Under the pieces are notes generated by a model. The model had not been told where the DNA came from. It saw nothing but the letters and a program-made list of their open reading frames with translations, and made no database searches. The translations under genes and the position numbers were made by a program. A stretch of 64,000 bases of DNA from an uncultured Desulfospira sp. Its GTDB lineage: Bacteria; Desulfobacterota; Desulfobacteria; Desulfobacterales; Desulfobacteraceae. The stretch covers positions 5,600,001 to 5,664,000 of the forward strand of contig OY760175.1 of assembly GCA_963663165.1 (NCBI GenBank), read 5' to 3'. Of the stretch, positions 58,907 through 64,000 are shown one piece after another; within the stretch, counting starts at the first letter, position 1, and each line of letters opens with the position of its first letter.

Positions 58907-60031
58907 TTATTCACTGCTGCTGGACTTGGTGGCGGTATAGGTCCATGTTCCGCCGCTGTCGGTTTCTTGCGAAACGATTTGGCTGGAAGAATACGAAATC
59001 AGTTGTTCATCGCTGTCAAGGGTCTCTTCAAATGCTGCCTGGGTGGCGCATTCATTTATCCCTAAAAGGTTATCCGAATCATTACTGTCTATGGACTCCA
59101 GGCCACATGTGGCCGCATTAATTTGATCACCGGAGGCATAGGTTGAGGAAATGACGCCGTCCGTTGCGGTCAGGTATACATACGCCGTTGCTGAAACCCC
59201 GGAGCATCCGCTGAATTCTTCAACAAGAACCCATGTCCCTGCCAGGTCAACGCAATCGGAACTGGAAGAGCCTCCTCCGCTGCCGCTGCCCCCGCTGCCC
59301 CCGCCGCTGCTGGTTGCCGCAACGGTTCCTCCGACTACCGCAGCTCCGGCAGCGACAATGCCAACGGTGGCAACAGTGGAAAGCCCGGCTCCGGCGGCCA
59401 CCGTTGCGGTGGTGGCTGTTGCCGCCGCACTGGTGGCTCCGGCTGTGCCGGCCGCCGCACCGGCCCCGGCTGCCCCTGATGAGGCCGCGTAGAGGCCCCC
59501 GGCCACGAGACCGAAACGGGCAGAGGATTCAACTACGTCAATATGGATTGAATCTGAAAAACCGGCCAGTTCCGAGGGGGCTTCAGAAAGTTCCGTTCCC
59601 AGCGTGATGGGCTCATCGGACGGGTCTGTCTGCCATTCCGGAATTTTTTCTCCGGGTTTTACGTCAGTGGAAAAAATCTGGGTTTTGATGACCTGGTTGG
59701 CCTGGTTCACGGTAAGGAATACATACTCTATGCTTCCTGCCTGGTCGGTGGGAGCCGGCAACAGGGCCGTATAGGTGTTTTTGCCCTGGACGTCCATCCC
59801 GGCAAAAATAAAATCGGCCTCACCTTTGGCTCTAAAATAGCACCGGACCGTATGGATCTGCAGTTTATCCTTTACACTCACTTCCACTTTGATCCGTTTT
59901 CCCGGGACCGCATAAGCCAGGGGTTTATGCTTGATTTTGGTAGTGACTTCAACGGGGTCGGCCATAGCTGACACACTGAGAAAAAAAATCATGAAAAGAG
60001 AAGTTGCCAAGGCTGTCAGAGACTTTTGCAT
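58907..60031 (-). CDS. Secreted protein with Ig-like N-terminus and Ala/Gly-rich linker
   Basis: Signal peptide from ATG 60031; low-complexity AG/SG tract. Confidence 0.7.
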   Translation of the reverse strand: MQKSLTALATSLFMIFFLSVSAMADPVEVTTKIKHKPLAYAVPGKRIKVEVSVKDKLQIHTVRCYFRAKGEADFIFAGMDVQGKNTYTALLPAPTDQAGSIEYVFLTVNQANQVIKTQIFSTDVKPGEKIPEWQTDPSDEPITLGTELSEAPSELAGFSDSIHIDVVESSARFGLVAGGLYAASSGAAGAGAAAGTAGATSAAATATTATVAAGAGLSTVATVGIVAAGAAVVGGTVAATSSGGGSGGSGSGGGSSSSDCVDLAGTWVLVEEFSGCSGVSATAYVYLTATDGVISSTYASGDQINAATCGLESIDSNDSDNLLGINECATQAAFEETLDSDEQLISYSSSQIVSQETDSGGTWTYTATKSSSSE

Positions 60032-60343
60032 ACAATATTTTCCTTTGTCAAATTTGATTGTTACCACCCCACCCTGCCGAATATCCTCGACCGGGAAGGC
60101 AAATATCATATTGATAAAAAGGCAATTATCTGCCGGGTATTGATTTTTGGCCGAAAAAATGAACGGAACTGCCAAACAAAGGCCTTTTCGTTTATCCACG
60201 CCTGGGTTTTGTAAGACAAGAATCCAGTTGTTGTCAAGACATAAATGGGTGCTTTCCACAGGCAGATATCCTTTGCCTTGAACGTAAAACCAGCCAATTG
60301 GATCTTAATCCCGAATGTGGTTTGCAACCGCATCAGCAGCATA

Positions 60344-60400
60344 CTTTTGCTATGTGAGAAGGCCTGAATGAGCGAAGATGGGGCACTGCTGAACAGTTAC
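60344..60400. repeat. Second copy of the IS-end-like repeat, overlapping the ABC ATPase stop codon
   Basis: Matches 41266-41315 apart from a 7-nt indel. Confidence 0.75.
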
Positions 60401-61404
60401 TCCAAATCAAACACAAGGCTGCGGCCCTGCCTTAAGTCCTCCCGGAGCCGGCCAAGTTTCCGGTCAAGGGCTTCAAGCTTCATCGCTGCCTGCCGCTCGG
60501 CTTCAGAGGTTGGGATGATTTGGGAGATGCCGCCGTTGCGGATCACAATGCGCCGGTGGCCGGAAAGGGCGAGCAAGGGATCATGGGTGGCCATGAGTAC
60601 AATTTTTTCTTCCCGGATCAGCAGGCTTAATGCCTTGCGCCGGTCCACCCCGGCATTTTCAATTTCGTCGATAAGGACAATGGGAGAGGCGCTTAAAAAG
60701 GCAACATCCGCGATCATCAGGGCCCTGGACTGGCCCCCGGAAAGGGAGGTGATGGGCGTATCCAGGTCAAAGGGTTCACCGGCAAGCCCCTTGGCCGCTT
60801 CGTAGATCTGCCTGACCCTTTCAGCGGGATCATGGACCAGGCGGCTTTCGGCATGCAGGGTTAAAAATTCGGCCACGGCCATGTCCATGACAAAATTCAT
60901 GTTCTGGGACAGCTGGGCTACCAGCTGCCGGTCTCCGGACAGCCGCATGGTTTGGTCCGGCAGGACGCCGTTTAACAGAATCTGCCGGCCTGACGGGGTG
61001 TCGGCCCTGGCCAGGCATTCAATGTCCGATAAAAGCCTGCTTTTTCCGGACCCGGTAGGCCCCACTATGCAGACCACTTCTCCCGGGCAAAGCACCACAT
61101 CACAGGCCTCTTTTTTTCCGGATTTGTCACGGCCGGCCACGATGGTCACCTGACGGATGACGTTGTCATGATCTTCTGCTTTGAGCTTTGCCATCCGGGA
61201 TATGAAATCCAGGGCCTGGGCCATGAGGGCTTCATGGGTGAGGCCGTATGCGGAGAGCTTTTCCGTGGATGCCGAAAAGATAACGTCTTTGAGGGTGGCA
61301 TCGTTCCGGGGCAGGGTCATTTCCATGGCCGAAAAAAAATCATGAAGATACGGGTGTTCAGTCAGCAGGGATGTTAAAGACTGTCGGGTTAAATCAGCAG
61401 ACAT
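60397..61404 (-). CDS. ABC-type ATPase with extra N-terminal domain
   Basis: GPTGSGKS, LSGGQ, LIDEIENAG, THD. Confidence 0.88.
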   Translation of the reverse strand: MSADLTRQSLTSLLTEHPYLHDFFSAMEMTLPRNDATLKDVIFSASTEKLSAYGLTHEALMAQALDFISRMAKLKAEDHDNVIRQVTIVAGRDKSGKKEACDVVLCPGEVVCIVGPTGSGKSRLLSDIECLARADTPSGRQILLNGVLPDQTMRLSGDRQLVAQLSQNMNFVMDMAVAEFLTLHAESRLVHDPAERVRQIYEAAKGLAGEPFDLDTPITSLSGGQSRALMIADVAFLSASPIVLIDEIENAGVDRRKALSLLIREEKIVLMATHDPLLALSGHRRIVIRNGGISQIIPTSEAERQAAMKLEALDRKLGRLREDLRQGRSLVFDLE

Positions 61405-61405
61405 T

Positions 61406-62107
61406 TCAGGAAAAATCCATGGTTTTGATGTTGCCGATCTGGCAGTCCGGACCGATTTTGGTTTCTCCCAGGCAGTAAGAGCATAAGGCACCGGGCATGA
61501 TGAAGCGCAGCCGCATGCCGTTTAAGGAGGACACAGGCACAGCCCCTTCCAGGGTTTGGGACAGCAGCAGGCTGCCCTGGCCGGTAAGGCCGTTGACGGC
61601 AATTAAAGATGCTTTGGCATTGGCCTGGCGGACCCTGAAGGCAAAGACCTCCCGTTCGGCCTGGGACACAATATCCCCCTTGGTCAGGACAACCACATCG
61701 GCGTTCCTGAGCATGGGCCCGGTTTTTCTCGGGGTGTCCACCCCGGCCAGGTGGTCGATGACGCATACCGCAAGGACTTTTTTGATGTGGGGGGAGCATC
61801 GGTTGCAAAGACCTGCGCTTTCGCTGATCAGATAGTCCATCCCCTGGCTTTTTCCCCATTGAAGGGCCTGTTCAATATTGGCAATGAAAAAATGGTCCGG
61901 GCAGACCCCGCCGGCAACACCGTTTTTGACGGGGATGCCGGCTTTTTGGTATCTGAGATGGTCATCCCCGGTCAGGCAGTCAAATTTGATGACGCCCACA
62001 GCCTTTTTCAGGGCGGTCAGGTGCTTGACCGTCTGAATGATCACCGATGTCTTTCCTGAAGAGGGCGGACCGGCCACGGTGACCAGTTTGAGTTCAGACA
62101 AAGGCAT
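61406..62107 (-). CDS. HypB/UreG/CobW-like GTPase
   Basis: GPPSSGKT, CPDH, ESAGLCNRC, TKGD, CSYC. Confidence 0.88.
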   Translation of the reverse strand: MPLSELKLVTVAGPPSSGKTSVIIQTVKHLTALKKAVGVIKFDCLTGDDHLRYQKAGIPVKNGVAGGVCPDHFFIANIEQALQWGKSQGMDYLISESAGLCNRCSPHIKKVLAVCVIDHLAGVDTPRKTGPMLRNADVVVLTKGDIVSQAEREVFAFRVRQANAKASLIAVNGLTGQGSLLLSQTLEGAVPVSSLNGMRLRFIMPGALCSYCLGETKIGPDCQIGNIKTMDFS

Positions 62108-62124
62108 GCTTGGATACCGTGTTC

Positions 62125-63333
62125 CTATACCGGTGCCAGGGGCATAAAAATGTCATCGATCTGCCGGTTTAAGTCAACCAGGTCGTTTTGCCTGAGATAC
62201 TCCCATCCCAGCCACCGCAGGGGGCGGGTCTGGACTTCGGCCTCAATGTCGGCATGGGGAACCGGGAACCTGGCATGGGCCAGGGTGGCGGCAAGTCCCG
62301 GGCCGGTCAAATAATCCAGAACCGGTTTCAGCTCAGGGATTCTGTCAGGTTTGGCCTGGAGGGTGACCGGGCTTGCCAGGGCGCCGTCTTCAGGCCAGAT
62401 GATCTTGATCCGGTCCTGGTGCCGGACCCGTTTGGCAAAGAATTCTGGCATCACATAAATGGCACCGTCACTGTTGCTGTCCATGCGTGAGACCATCTGG
62501 GACGGGTGTAGCCCCCGGGCCACGTTGGCGGCCAGGGCTTTTAGCCCCGCTTCCCCGAACTGCTGGAATATGGGCAGCAGTACCGCATGACAGAAAAATT
62601 GTTCTCCTCCCCGGATGGCCAGGCTTTTTTCCCAGACCGGGTCTAAAATATCAACCCAGGTTCGGGGAAGGGGCCGTTCCCCTGCTTGCTCTAAATTCAC
62701 CACCATGACCAGGGGGTTAACGCAAAGAACGGTATACTCGCCTTTGGGGTCCGGGATCCCGGCATCTGTAAAGTTGGCCCCGGGCTGGAAATTCCCATAC
62801 CCTGTAAAATGGCCCGGGGCCACAAATTTTTCATAAAACGAGTGCCCGTAAAATACATTAAAGTCAGAGGATACAATAATGTCAGGAAGTTCATCCGGGT
62901 CCTCAATGGTGCCCACGTAAGCGTAGTAGGACAACTCCTGATTTAAATTGCCCTCTACGGCAAATTTGATGGGCCCCTCCAGCTCCACCCGGTCCATGAA
63001 GCCGGCAAAGGCGCGGCTGAAAGGCATTTTCAGTCCGCAGGGCATGAGCCCGAGCATGGTCAGGTCCCCCTGGGTTTCCATTGAATCCAGCCCCGGCGAC
63101 TCCGGAACCGGTATCGGGTTAACAGCTGACTGCAACAGGCCTATGAAAACATCCAGGTTCATAAACCGGCTGCGCAGGGCCGTTCTAAGGGTTAAAAACG
63201 GGGCCAGGGCCCGCAGGCCGTCATCGCTGACCAGAACGCCCAGCCCGTTGGCCTGGAAAACTTCCCGGGTTTCCGGCCATTGCCGGATGATGTCCGCCAC
63301 TTTCATGTTCTGAGGAATAGTTATCTTACTCAT
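62125..63333 (-). CDS. DUF1858-like N-domain plus ABC substrate-binding fold, no signal peptide
   Basis: MKVADIIRQWPETREVF..NG; LPRTWVDILDP, IWPEDGALASP. Confidence 0.75.
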   Translation of the reverse strand: MSKITIPQNMKVADIIRQWPETREVFQANGLGVLVSDDGLRALAPFLTLRTALRSRFMNLDVFIGLLQSAVNPIPVPESPGLDSMETQGDLTMLGLMPCGLKMPFSRAFAGFMDRVELEGPIKFAVEGNLNQELSYYAYVGTIEDPDELPDIIVSSDFNVFYGHSFYEKFVAPGHFTGYGNFQPGANFTDAGIPDPKGEYTVLCVNPLVMVVNLEQAGERPLPRTWVDILDPVWEKSLAIRGGEQFFCHAVLLPIFQQFGEAGLKALAANVARGLHPSQMVSRMDSNSDGAIYVMPEFFAKRVRHQDRIKIIWPEDGALASPVTLQAKPDRIPELKPVLDYLTGPGLAATLAHARFPVPHADIEAEVQTRPLRWLGWEYLRQNDLVDLNRQIDDIFMPLAPV

Positions 63334-63767
63334 CCATTTCTCCTATGGTTCTCCCCATTTAGGGGATGGTACTGCCAAAAAAGGTTTGCAAGTTCAATAC
63401 CGGCTTTTAACACCACAGGAAAAATCTGTCCGGAAATCCTCTGAAACCCCTGAAAAAGGGGCTCTTAAAAGATAAAACAATAAAAAGAATAAGCGGCAGG
63501 CAATAAAACCATGGGGAAGAATAACAAATTTGATTAATGAAATTTCATATTTGTCGTTAAATTGAAGACCAACCCCTTTATGTTTCAACAACCGGTTTTC
63601 AAATGTGATTGAAAATATAGATTTATTTTATCCATCATGATATCCTGGAAACCATCTATGAACGATACCTGCCCCCCAGCGCCGCTGAACTCATGAATAT
63701 GATAAAGAGAGATACGGTTCAACAGGCGTTTTATTCTTTAAAAACAATGCATACTGGAGGCGATCAA

Positions 63768-63956
63768 ATGGCCGAAAACAAAAAACAGGAAGAAAAAGAC
63801 GATAAAACACTGAAATCCGCCCCATGCTGTTACAAGGGCTGCTCAAGTGTCGCCGGTTATGAATGCTCTAAATGCGGCAGCGGATATTGCAGCCGGCATA
63901 TGTCTACAAACGTCGGGGAGTATTCTTATCTATGTTATGATTGCCAGGGCGTATAA
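63768..63956 (+). CDS. Small Cys-rich zinc-finger-like protein
   Basis: RBS ggagg; CC..GC...C..C...YC..H...C..C. Confidence 0.7.
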   Translation: MAENKKQEEKDDKTLKSAPCCYKGCSSVAGYECSKCGSGYCSRHMSTNVGEYSYLCYDCQGV

Positions 63957-64000
63957 GCACTACTAAAATGTAATGGAGACCGAAAACCGGAGACGGGAGA

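Overview
64-kb bacterial chromosomal window; gene content and intergenic style suggest a sulfate-reducing deltaproteobacterium (Desulfobacteraceae-like; inference). (1) 1-14.3 kb: an AT-rich integron cassette array on the minus strand, with 9 attC sites of two sequence families, 9 cassettes whose R'/R'' boxes match, a candidate attI at about 14.28 kb and no integrase in the window. An ISAzo13-type IS and an IS66 lie just beyond the last attC. One cassette is interrupted by a 4.2-kb TG...CA element encoding a Zn-finger/HTH protein, a DDE transposase, an ExeA-like AAA ATPase and a RepB-type primase. (2) 15-48.6 kb: mostly housekeeping genes (recD2, gmhB, rlpA, lon, hsp20, lnt, frameshifted prfB, pta, acyl-CoA ligase, sigma54-driven PEP-CTERM-type protein, a lipoprotein cluster, a TonB/ExbBD operon). 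(3) 48.9-57.7 kb: an accessory island with a SIR2-Ser/Thr kinase fusion, an orphan HigA-like antitoxin and a second, primase-less member of the same transposon family, itself interrupted by a frameshifted IS. (4) 57.8-64 kb: ParA plus a tail-anchored partner, a secreted protein, a permease-less SBP/GTPase/ABC-ATPase operon and a small Cys-rich protein. Most notable: the primase-carrying transposon family, a 91-93 bp structured repeat found both in the chromosome and between two genes of one cassette, and the SIR2-kinase. All calls come from reading motifs by eye; no database search was run.
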